From Phoronis australis (Eukaryota > Animalia > Phoronida): 64,000 bases of DNA. Below the pieces are notes generated by a model that saw nothing but the letters and a program-made list of their open reading frames with translations, made no database searches and was not told the origin of the DNA. The DNA lies in assembly GCA_002633005.1 (NCBI GenBank), contig NMRA01000927.1:5921-69920 (forward strand). The letters run 5' to 3'. The translations under genes were made by a program, and so were the position numbers. Below, one piece after another: positions 23,153-35,052 of this stretch (position 1 is its first letter; the number at the start of each line of letters is the position of its first letter).

Positions 23153-24364
23153 TAATCTACGCCTAAACAAAGTTCAGTTGTATTAATTGACAATTCAGTT
23201 CTGCTAAAACGTGACCTTTGTACTAATAACGTACCTTGAGGGCTCACATAGTCTACATCACACAGTGTTATTCCCCAGCACCACGTCACGACACTTACTG
23301 GACACGGTTCAGTGATATGCGGAGGATCATTTTCGCCACAAAACTCGCTCTTAAAAACATTTGGCAATTTTCAACTTACTTCATGTTCATATCATCACAA
23401 TATGTTGTGTTTCTAACTAATTTGGCCATGCAATCTCAGAGATAATGAATTAGCCTGTAAGTTCCGAGTCCATGAGCTTTCATTTTTGGCTTGTTCAAAA
23501 ACTCATGAAATAGGTATCCTATCACGGCAGGATTCTATTTCCGTTTTCAACGAGAACATAAACTTCTAAGGTAAACGCTTTAACGTTTATCGGGTTTGGC
23601 AAGCACTCGGTGAATTTGCAAATTCGAAAATGGCGCTTAGTAGGTCTACGGCATTATTGCATGCGATTTGGCAACTAGTCAACATCGGTTGCCGAGCCAG
23701 TGGTTAACAGCGTTCGAAATGCACGTTGCAGCGGATTTGCGGCCAAGCCTATTGGCCACGTGAGCCAGTATAACTTTCAGATATAAGGCGGACTATATGG
23801 ATGTGGTCTCATATTTAACTAATTAAAAAATTATCTATTGGCTAATTTTGCTTGCCTCTTGAACACCAACGGGTTCACTTTTTAACCTTGTGAGCAATAA
23901 ATCCTCACCTGGAGTTAATAACAAAACAAATACGCCCAGGGCCGGTTCAGTCAAGCACATGCGCATTTAATTTTAGATTGAGAAAAACGTAATGTTAAGG
24001 CAGGGCCACTAACTTAATTGCAGCCGGGCCCGTAACTTTTCAGATTAACTGTCCCGGCGGGCCACTTGCTGAAGTTCGAACACTGGTGGCTAATGGTAGT
24101 AAACCGCAGCTAAACAACCGCAAAATGCCCTTTTGATGATGTATATTGAAATTTGTTTCGCAACGGGGTGTCAGTCGTGATACACCCACAAACGTCAAGG
24201 AATCACTGACTATGGATTCCTGTCATTGGTATAAACAGGAACTACTGATTTCTACAACAACGCGAGCGCTCAGAAAAGGGGCAGTCAAATAAACCCGTCT
24301 CCCTGACAGCCTATGCATCTCAAAGGAGGAGAGCAGGGCGAAGAAACAGAAACGGCCTCAGTGT

Positions 24365-24509
24365 TAGACCGGCAGCCCAGAGCACTTAGCATAGATGAAC
24401 GAGGTACCAACATCTGACCACGGGAGCATTTAAAGTCCACCTCAGTATGTACAGAAATGGACGTCTGCCGTTGTCNCATCTATGCTAAGTGCTCTGGGCT
24501 GCCGGTCTA
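24365..24509. mobile_element. Young Academ-like element (TAG...CTA, 3-bp TSD TGT), collapsed at an N
   Basis: Perfect 33-bp inverted repeat 24365-24397 / 24477-24509; TGT on both flanks; N at 24476. Confidence 0.7.
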
Positions 24510-24966
24510 TGTGTGCATTCCAAGTAGATTCCCACGATACTGACATTCGTGGTTAACTAAAACTAAACGAATGAAAAAGCGTGCCGTTAAAATTGTCAAC
24601 CGAACCATTACCATTATGTCAAAATGGGGGTAAAAACCAATGATCCGAGTTTGTTTTCACTAAACCCTGAGACAGCATTTAGCTGGCAAACGGTTCAGCA
24701 TTATTGACCCAAAACACAAAAGCCAAGACCACTACTGATCCAGCAAAGAAGCAGACACTAACTTGGGAGTTAAGTCCCCTTGCCAATGCAAAATATCGTT
24801 AAAACGCAAACAATTTTCTCTTGAGTATTCCTTATCAAACTAAAATAACTCGTTTAAGTTTATATTCGCAAAACAAACGAAACACAGCTGAAATACAGAC
24901 AGAACTTTTATTCTTTATTTCTTATTGAATGACTCATAAGTCGGCATTGATCAGTGGAAATAAAAA

Positions 24967-25036
24967 ATGGCGGCCACTGTGCCGTGGAAATATCTTGTTG
25001 TCGGGATTTTCATTGTTTCTGTTGTCTGTGGATTAG
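24967..25036 (+). CDS. EGF-Kringle-Ig-FN3 receptor, exon 1 (signal peptide)
   Basis: AAAATGG start; MAATVPWKYLVVGIFIVSVVCGL; donor G|GTAAGT, phase 1 matching exon 2. Confidence 0.7.
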
Positions 25037-27044
25037 GTAAGTGGTTTACAATTATTCAGGTCACTAAGAAATCATAATTAAGCTAATGTTCAGCATTTTA
25101 AATTACTTTTTTGCGTGTTATTGTTACCAGTCGCAGTGAAAAATCACCACTACACTTCCCACTCGTTTCCGACTTCGTCGGCTTCACTCGACAGCCTCAG
25201 TGTTGGCCTAATGCAAAAAGAACCACTAGGCCTTATAATAGCAGTAGGAAGCAGTGGCCATCAGTGGGTAGTCAAGCTCCTGCTGAAACATTATACACAA
25301 GTGATAGTCATAGCTCTGAATAGGAGGTCTATTTCCCAATGACAGTTCCAGTGGGTAACTGCATTAGTTTCTGTCAAATGTGTAACTTTTTAAAGTAAAT
25401 TGCTTTTCAGGTTCATGTTTAACTAGACAGTGACCACCCTCTCTAGCTGGCCCAGCCACAGTGCTGCAATAGAAAACGTCTTAAAACTACATTTCCACTG
25501 TATTTAGCTGCTAAAATGAATAGGCTTTAATGAATTAAGTCACCTTAGCTCATAAAATTGGTCTCGTAATATTCCACACCATGGCAAAACTTCACTTTTG
25601 TTACCAACAAAAATTTCACCTTAGAATTTATGGAGGTTGGCCAACCTTAGAATTAAGAATTCGCGTACTCTTTGCCTGTTAGTACCTTGCTGGCTCATTC
25701 AGTTACAATTCCGATATTGGCTTACCGTGGCAATACCCTTAAGTTCTTTGAGGGAATGAAAGCAATTTTTTGCTTTGACCCGATTCCAGTTCCCGGTGTG
25801 AGAGACGGGCAGCCATGTTGAAGCTCAATTTCTTTCATTCACAAACATTTTGGGGCATCAGACTTTTTTGTGAACATGACCAAATTTCACAAACTAAGGT
25901 CCCCACAGGTACTGAAACTGCAGCCTGCTGAAATTGTGGGGACCATGAACAGGAGAATCAAAGAGATGGATGGATACAGTGTTTAGAAACATTTTATTTA
26001 CCAAAACGTCACTGGTAACTATTGGTTGTCAATGTCAAGTTCTGTACTATAGCTACACTAAGCAATTTTTTTGAGAAAACTTGGGCATCCACAAAAATGT
26101 CACAAGCTCTTGAAAAGTCAGCAATTATATCTGAAATTGGATAGATTTTACTGTAGTTGGTAACATTAAATACAAAAAGCATTTAAATAATCTGCTTATA
26201 AATAATTGTTTTGGAAATGGAATTTTCAAATCCACGTTTTCAAATCTACTTTAAGATCATGTAATCTCTGATTATAAAGTGAATGTCCTTCAGTATACAG
26301 TGGAGCATTTAGTTATAAATCCCAGGGGTATTAAATGACGTGGCTTCCTTGGGCAATTTGCAGTAACGAGTCAACTTTTTTCTGGCTTTGAGACAGGCTA
26401 ACAATACAGAAGGTTCATGAAATGTACACAGATGTTAACAGCAAAACCAGTCAGTGTGCAACCACTTTAAAAAGTGATCTTTTGTTATCGTTAGGTCAGG
26501 TTATTGACTGGATCTCTTTGTAAAGAGTTCACCCCATAGACCAATAGCACAAGTAAGATGGTTTATTTTTTCTGCCTGCCTAAACTACTTTTGCACTCAG
26601 TTTCTAAGCTGGGGCATTGAGATAGCATCAGTGGACCATATTTCAGTTTATGTGCAAGTCTTAACGATTCTGCAGCTTGTTCTATTTGATCCGGGTTTGT
26701 CTATGACTTTATTTTGTGTAAAAGGTGTTTTTTGCCATTTGTGTAAACAATGAAAAATCATTAATGGAAAGATACTGATCACATAGCCACGAAATAGGTT
26801 GCCATGGAAACTGGCTGACTTGTACAGATGAAAACTTTAACTGCAATTAAGATTCTTCAGTTCGGGACGGAGAAAAATAAATTATTTTGCTCTGGTTCTG
26901 AGCTTGTACCTAGTCTTGGAAATAGACAATATTGGACGTCCCTAATTCAAGAATTGTGATAAAATACAAGTGATAATTCACCTCGATTTTACAAATGGTG
27001 GGTAAGCATGAAAACATTATTTTTTTACTAATTCGTGGAATACA

Positions 27045-27155
27045 TGGTCTGTTTTCAGTCTTTGATGGTATAGAGCGTAGTGTCCAATAGTTGCTCTGGT
27101 CTGTTTTCAGTCTCTGTTTGTATATCTAGTGTAGTGTCCAATAGTTGCTCGGGTC
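27045..27155. repeat. Tandem duplication of ~52 bp
   Basis: TGGTCTGTTTTCAGTCT...GTAGTGTCCAATAGTTGCTC twice. Confidence 0.8.
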
Positions 27156-29354
27156 TAAATCCTGAGAATCAAGAAAATAAAATCAGTTTCAGTTTGAATT
27201 TAAGGATCCTAAATTTTAGAGGCAATCTCTAATTATCGTAGCTAGCACCCATGTTGAAAACCATGTTTCCCACAAGAGTGTATGCAAAACAATTACTTTT
27301 GATAAGGGTTATAAAAATTTTTGTCTCTTTGTTTTTGCTCTGTCCCCAGATTTTAAAACCTCTGTACTTCAAATATCCCTATGATAGAGTTCCTTTAGGT
27401 TTGCTGGAGTCACCAATTGTTTGTTTACCCAAGGGGCATTTTGCTGAGCTGTTTTGCTGTTTAATGTTCAACTCTTAACCAAAGCTCTTTAGTAGGGTTT
27501 AAAAACATAATCTCGCTCATCCCATATTGAATTGTTGCCAAATTAGCTGACAACTCAAGTCACGGGCAATGTCTACACGCGGCGTTTTGGAACTTGTAAC
27601 TTTTAGAGGTGGCCAACCCAATAAATCCTGAAACGTTTTCTAGATTTTTTCTGTAATAAAGCTGGGCAGTGTGTAGGTTGCCTATTGCAGCTCAGAAATT
27701 TTATTGGCCCCTACTTTTCAAACTAAGTCAAGCATAAAATATTTTCTGCCTCTGCCACAATGTGACTGTTTGCTGGCATTAAGCTGGGGCTTTGTAAGGG
27801 GCCTCTGGCTTTGTCACCTGTGCTACAAAACGAGAAGCACAAAATACTTGACCCTGTTTTTTTTGAACATTTTGTTTTAAAATTGATGGTTTGAATTGAT
27901 GTTTTGCTTCAAGATTTTAAAGGTAGAATCAAAATATGTGTTGTAAACTTGAGTTGCCACCTTATTTTTTTCAAAAGTCCAAGTATTTGTAAAACATATT
28001 TCGAAAGTGCTGTCGCACGTTTTTATGAGAAACAGCAGATTAACGGTCTATTCCTCAGGCACAAGCATAGCCATTTCCATCCTAAATGGCTATTGATTTC
28101 TTTTATTGGCTTTCTGTACCTTGGCATATGTCGTAAAGATTGACTACTGGGAAAAATACTGAGGTGAGAATTAAATAGCGATTGTGTGGAGTATTGTCAG
28201 GCAGTGTTAAAACTTTACATGTGTCGGAAGTTTTGTGATCTGTTCACATCATAGTGTATTATGAAATTCAGGCTTCAAGGAAACAATCCCTACAGTAGTT
28301 CTGTTGATGTGAAAGGAATTTACTTTTGGGGTACAGATAAAGGGTCACTACAAAGATATGAGGCCTACCTAATTTAGAGCCGATTATACTGTCCTAATGT
28401 TGAGCTTGCTGGTATTGTAAAAATTTGGTGTTCATTAAGGATGGTGATCTGTTCAGTTGTTTTATGGAAGGCATGAATTCATGCAAATCCAAATTACCCA
28501 CGTACATCGTGACTCGGTACGAGTATAGGCTTTCCTGATATTTGCTTTAGGACAACTGCCACTGTAATACAGGAAGTTGTTAGTGGCAGGGAATTGACCT
28601 GATCAATTAGACTTTTTATCGTCTTATCGCTGTTGGCCTCATTTGTCAAGCTGATAGGAGTGCTGGGGTATTTTTGCATGTAATGAGGTGAAATATTGCG
28701 ATTTTTTTTCTGCCGTAAATGAAACCGAGAGTAATTTTGAAATTGTTGGCACTGCATAATTACTGTGTTAAGAAGGTAAAAATTTAATCTGATCCCCAAA
28801 AATGTCAATTTCTAAACTGCTTTCTAGAGCAGTTTAATTACGATTTCGCCTTGGAAGTTCGTAGTGAAAGTAGTTGAATCTTTCTATTGCATGAGGAATA
28901 TGATGATCAGTGCTGTTACAAACAAGTTACACTGAAATATATTTGTGATATGTCGTGAATTTTGCAGGTTTGAGAAAGCTGTTATGTAGGACCATAGAAA
29001 AATGTCCAAAATTGACTACATCAAGTGCTTCAGAAAATCATATCTGAGAAATGACTTTTTGGATTCTCATGAAACTTTCAGATACTCTGTTTTATGCACT
29101 GGTTTCCAAATTTGCTTTTAGGAACGATTTTTAAAAGTGGAAATCAGACTTTTGTGATTTTTCTGGAAAACTTAAATGATGCATAAAATGAAATTATCAT
29201 TTAAAAATGTTTTTAGAATTCATTTCTCAACATTGCATCAATATCAAGGTGGCTTTCTTTTTTTGCCAAAGTCATTTAAAAAACATGCTCACACTCAATC
29301 ATTGGGAGTGAAAAATTAAAGTCAGTTTCTGCTTTTCTGAAAATATGTTCATTT

Positions 29355-29567
29355 AAAAACGGATGATCGCCGCACAAATAAAAAAGTTCATGTTCGATTA
29401 AACGTTTCGTCTTTTCATTAGACATCATCAGGATCATATTTACAACACTTTAGGACAAGTGCCAATCATACAGCTCAGGTAACATCCATAGAGTGAAGTG
29501 AGAGATACATAGAATATGGTCAGTAGGTGGTCATCACCATTATTTGTGCAGCGATCGTCCGGTTTTT
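29355..29567 (-). mobile_element. Penelope-like element remnant with inverted ends, containing a hammerhead core
   Basis: AAAAACGGATGATCGCCGCACAAATAA / TTATTTGTGCAGCGATCGTCCGGTTTTT inverted pair enclosing a hammerhead motif. Confidence 0.55.
29392..29440 (-). ncRNA. Minimal type-I hammerhead ribozyme motif (degenerate)
   Basis: Minus strand GATC-CTGATGA-T-GTCT-AATGAAA-AGAC-GAAA-CGTTT-AATC: intact CUGAUGA and GAAA boxes, 4-bp stem II, palindromic AACGTT stem III; stem I imperfect. Confidence 0.55.
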
Positions 29568-32500
29568 GATCTTATTGTGGCCAAAAACTGATTTAATTAT
29601 GTTCGTTTAGTTTGTAAAAATCTATAGTTTTAAAGATATCTAGCTAAATACTTTAGAGTAGTTGATAAGGTCCTACACAACCTTAGAGCCAACAAACCAT
29701 GTTCTGGTGATCAACTCCCCTTTTCCAAAATAGCATCATCTTTGGTTGTATGGTGTTGGCTGATGGCCATGCTTTCTTGGCAACTGAAGGTAACCTGCTG
29801 TGTCAATGAACATGGTAAAAGAGACACCTGTCAGTTCCGAGAATGGAACAGGAGGAGACCGATTTTATAACTATAACAGTAACTTTATAGTAAAAGGCCT
29901 GTATCAAAAATTATTTTTTGACTGACGCATGTTTAAATGTTAGGCCTTCTCTGTTTTTTCCTCAAAGTCTTGGGGCATGCAGCTAGTGGGCCTTTTTTTC
30001 CTAGCATTTCCCACTGTTTGTTGAAGTCATGTTGGAGCCTAGAATAATGTCAAGTTTTGGCAAACTTCAAAATATCAATAAGTGGTTGACTGGATTCATA
30101 TGTAACTGTCAGGTATTGTGGTTTATGCACTTTTCTCCGATACAGCTTTAGGGTTTGTTTTTAAACGTACGGTTCTACATTTGCATGAGAAGCTATCGAA
30201 AAAATACTTTTGATTTTCATGAAAAATAATGGAAAGTTGCTCAAAACAAATGAAACAGTGATTTAGAAAACTGTTACGGGGTTATTTGCATCAAGTGAAA
30301 CTTGGTCGTGTTTTGATTTCATTGTTTTGCTATCAAACAACCTTTATTTTTGCTAAGTTTTACCAATCTTAAAAAGTCGAAATTCAAATTCTACACGTAT
30401 TCCAGTTTCAGAAAATGTATCATTTTACTGCCTTAAAATCCATGGTTTTGTCCATATTGAGATCATGGTCCTACATGTGGTAACTTTTAACTGACAATTC
30501 ACACTTCAAGATTAGTCCAAGTGATGTCTTCCTCTTCTCAAGTGGTCTGTGGTGGGAAGTTCTCCATTGAAGAACAAGTCCTTGCTCTTAGTGAAGAGAT
30601 GTAAAATGGCTTTATGTGGTTTTGATCAAGCATCTTCATGTTTCACACACTTAGGTTGTTGAAATTAGAATACAGACAACATTTCAGACTTAAGGAAAAT
30701 ATTATCTTCATTTAATTTCTGTAAAGGATAATTAGCACGAATCGCTGCTTTACTATTTTTGGTCCATTAGCTTACAATGGTTCCGTTGACAAAATTAAGA
30801 TTTTGCAGTTATGACAGTTACTTGCTTTTGTAGATTTTAGGCATTGTTGTTGTGTTTATAGAGTATTTCAGGTTATGTTACAACGTGGTGAATTTTCCTC
30901 AAATTCAAACAAAAATACATGTAAAAATTGGCATTTTCCTGTTTATCAAAAGGTTGCAATTTGTCAAAACTTTCATTGTGAGTTTGTTGGTGGCAGCTGA
31001 ACGTTATAAAAGTGCAAATAAGGAAGGGAAATTCTTTACCTGGTTACTTTTACTGAAAGTTTTGATAAACGAAAATTTTGTACTATACTACCATTTGTGT
31101 TCTAAACTTAAGAAAAGTTTTGAACACTGTTGTTATTGCGTGTGGACAAAAATGTCAAGCTTGAAAAAATTTTGCATTAATTTCAACCTTGTCAGTAATT
31201 TCAGTTGAGATTTTTAAGTTCGTGGATACATTCAAACAGGCTTTTCGTTTATGAAATATTCACGGTGGTCAAACTGCAGATCCTGTTTTTTTTTTGCACC
31301 CATCTGGTTTATGCTTCATGAGATGTGTGGGTGTGCACTTAGCATAGAGATTTTGTGACTTGACACTTTAGTCTGATCCACTGCTTAGGGAGCTTAGGAA
31401 CATCCGCAGGGATCCAACATTTGTTTTGGCTGGATTTTTTTCCTGAAGGTTAATTATAGGCAGGCCATTCTGTAATATGAAACTGTGTTTATGGTTGCAA
31501 TGAAACCACAGGACTTCCCACTTCCTCAGGTACTTGTGTTGATATGCCATTGACAACTGCCACTTTCAAATACTTGTCACTCATCAGGTGATAGATAGGT
31601 CTAGAAGGATTATTGAGCCATTCTTTGAGCCAGTCTGTATGATATTACAATGTGACAAGTCTGATTGCATAATAAAGGGTAGGAGACACTGACAGAATGC
31701 TTTTGCTGATTGGTTGTTTAGAAGTGATGCCTACCTTCTATCTCTTCCTCTAGAACCTAGAGACTAGCCCGGTTCTTTGTATTCCAAATTTTTTGTTTTA
31801 CGGTATACTGTAGTTTTTTTACATGGGTTAATGTTCCACTAAACTATACATGGCTCCAAGCAACTGATATCCTATTCAACTTGTCTTGTAATTCTCTATT
31901 TCAGACAAAAGTAATTACCAAAATCGTCTTGTTTTCAAAGGCTGATAACGTAGCTGGAAACTTAAGGAAACTTAGCTAAATGTTTGTATGAAACCGTCCC
32001 TACACAGTACAAATCATATTAGTAGTAGATGGACATTTTCATAATCCTTTTTGTGTGTGGAGAAATTTGACAAAAAGAAAAACGAATTTCATTAGTCAGC
32101 CATATTGTGTGCTAAATAAGTTAAGAATTATACCATAATAGCCATCTTCCCTCTCAAGAGAACTTTGTGGTTTTGTTTTGCACTTGTGTCTGTGCAGTTT
32201 TAGTTGGACTTTCCATTAGTCTAGTTTGTTTACAGTACTATCCTGAAATATGTCTGGAATTTGATATCCTGCTTTCTTGGCTGTTTTATCTTGGTTCAAA
32301 ACTGCTCTGTTCTTTTTGTGCATTTCCAAGATGATGGTTTATTTCAAGATGGTGATACACAACCCGTATTTCATCAGAGGAAGCCAACTTTATCATTATA
32401 AAATCGGTCTCAAATTAGCTGCATTTACGTAGGAGAACAGAATCAAGAATCTTTATTTAACGTTGTTGGAAGAACAGATTAACCTTAGCCAGTTGGGCTA

Positions 32501-33631
32501 CTTCTACGACATTAAATTTAACAGAAACGTGAAGAAAATGGAACTCAAGCTAAAGGTGGAGAATAACACAGAGATACAATTGTAAATAAAAGTGAAGTTG
32601 TAATCCTTAAAGTATAGACAGCTGTCACAGAGCAACTAACTTGGAACCGTTGATCGGCGACACGGAGCGACTTGACACTGTGGCGGCCATATTTGACACC
32701 CGTAGAGTGAGTTGCACCATGTCAAGTCCCACCATGACAACTGTTCCCTGTGTAAAACAGCTTCTAGGGTTGAACTGTCAATTCGTTATTGCACAAGACA
32801 GTGCACCGCGAGGAATAATATGTCATGCCATGATAAGACATATACTTGTACAGCCTTGTGTCAAGCAATTATGAACTGTCAGTTTTCCCCAAGTCCAAAA
32901 ATCACATCTATTTTGTCTAAGGAACAATTACAGATCAGATGCCATAATAGCAAGTGATCTAAATCAGAAGTTGTTTTTTTGACAGCGGTTTAAAGACCTT
33001 CACTTTACTGAGAGGAATGGTGCCCCCACAATTCTACCCGCTGGTCGTCAATGCCTTAAATAGCCATGTGAGCTTTATCTTGACAGGAATTTTTTAATCT
33101 TTGAAAGGGAATTTTGGAACCAGATAAGGGGTTTTCTGTGTGATTTTTAAATAATTTTCGTAGGGGCTTGGGCCTGTATTTAGCCGTAAATTGAGGCATC
33201 AAAGACCCTGCAGTTACTTGACACCACATTTAAATTTATTTGTTAGTTTTACCAGTACACATCATGCAATGAAATGATCAATAGCACTGTCACATTCATT
33301 GTCTATTCTTAGTGTGAGCTATCCAACTGACAAAAGATATGCATAAAAGATGGATTAGTATTTGCCTTGTTTTCCATGGTTTACCCAGATACTACCAGTG
33401 TGTGTATGTGTGTGTGTGTGCCTGGGTTAGATGGCATTCCATGAAAATCACGGCTGTAGAAAAGCTCTACATTTCACACGACATCAAAACTTGCCTTGAT
33501 TTTTTTTCGGAAGTTTCGTTTCCTGATATTTTACTGTTGTGATTAGAATTTTGATTTTTTGACACCCAAGTTTGGCAAATGATTAGATTACTAGAATTCA
33601 AATCAAACCACATTAATTTTTTCCTATTTTG

Positions 33632-34345
33632 TACCGTAAAGTCGCGGTCAACGCCCATCAGGCCTTTATCCAGGATTTTGGAAATAGGGTGTCCAAAATG
33701 GGGTTCCCAATATTCCAGGGCGTCCATGATTCCCACGTGTAACCCCCCACCCCCAGCAATACCCCCAAACACACAGATTTTTTTACAAAAAATGCATAGA
33801 TCAAGGTTTTTACATCTAAGTTTATAAAACAGCCTTCTATGGTGAGTATTTCTACTAAAAAACTGTGTAGACCAAGACTTTTACAATGCTGTCAATCAAG
33901 TGTCAAAATAGCAACAATGCATATACTTTGTATATACATTGTATGTTTCTTCCTGCTTTGAAAAAGAGCCTCCACTGTGAGCCTTCAGAGGCTTCCTAGT
34001 ATTCATTACAATGTGTGAGTCCAAACTTGAAAGGTTCCTATTGACAGTGGGCGTCCAAATGATACATTGGGCATCCTTGCCAGGGCATCCAGATTAGTGC
34101 TAGGGCCTCCATTTGAACGCCCAGGCCGTAGGCTGCATAAAGGCCTGACGCCCATGCCCGTGTTATCGCCCATCCCCAACTTCTGGTCAGTTTTCGGTTT
34201 TAAGCGCCCACTGCTTGGGTAATAGCCCATCCCCTACTTTCTGAAAATTTCCCCTAAGCGCCCACTGTTTGGGTAATCGCCCACCCCCCTGCCAAAGATT
34301 TTCCCATTTTAAGCGCCCTGGGCGTTAACCCACGAGTTTATGGTA
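33632..34345. mobile_element. pogo/Tc1-type MITE (TACCGTA...TATGGTA) hosting a hAT insertion
   Basis: TACCGTAAAGTCGCGGTCAACGCCCA / TGGGCGTTAACCCACGAGTTTATGGTA; internal TAAGCGCCC repeats. Confidence 0.75.
33659..34147. mobile_element. Non-autonomous hAT element with 8-bp TSD
   Basis: TIR CAGGCCTTTATCCAG / CTGCATAAAGGCCTG; perfect TSD ACGCCCAT at 33651-33658 and 34148-34155. Confidence 0.9.
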
Positions 34346-34835
34346 TATTGGAAACTCCAAAGCCGGTGTCGTTGCATTTGGTAATAATTACAAAAAATGA
34401 TTGGGGTCTTTAAAAAAATCTGATTGCTGATTATTGTCTGTTAATGGAAGGAAATGAAGCTTAAAAAATTGGTTAATTTGAAGTTTAACCACCTTATTTG
34501 CAAAACTACAGTACAGCAACTTCACTTTAAACTTGAGGGTAAGAATTATGTCAGTCTTTGGTATGCTTTATTCACATAGTTGTTCACAATCCAAAATAAG
34601 TGTGACGTTTGTGTAAAATTTTCGCCTAAACTCCTAAAACAGAAATTCAGCATTTTTTGGCCGTGGCTGTAGCCCCCTTCTGTATTCATTATGTAACCGG
34701 CAAAAATGAACACCGAGTGTCTGCCCATCACTGAGAGTACTAGTATATGAATATCATGTATGACAAAGTTGTGGGGCAGTCTGATGCTGTTGTGAGCCCC
34801 GCAAGGAAGCTGCAAAAAGTGGAACATTTTGTATT

Positions 34836-35052
34836 TACCGTAAACGTTCGGGTTAACGCCCATGTTCACTTAACCGCCCGTCCCCAACTTTAGGTGGATT
34901 TCCAATTTTAGCGCCCTCTGGTCAGTTAAGCGCCCCTCTGCAATTTTTTAGTATTTTTAGTTAAGCGCCCACCTCTCAGTTAACCTCCCATTCCCAAATT
35001 TTTGGGTTTGCCAATTTAACCAAACAAGGCGTTAACCCGAATGTTTACGGTG
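34836..35052. mobile_element. pogo/Tc1-type MITE, complete short copy
   Basis: TIR TACCGTAAACGTTCGGGTTAACGCC / GGCGTTAACCCGAATGTTTACGGTG; internal TTAAGCGCCC repeats. Confidence 0.8.

Larger units (their letters stand above)
28981..29685. mobile_element. Old non-autonomous DNA element with GTT(A/G)TGTAGGACC inverted ends (possibly Kolobok-like)
   Basis: GTTATGTAGGACC at 28981, GGTCCTACACAAC at ~29669-29681; related termini at ~30465-30476 and 62281. Confidence 0.4.

Noticed and set aside
30852-31208. 118-aa hydrophobic ORF in intron 1
   Set aside because: AT-rich low-information translation, non-ATG start, no domain or splice support
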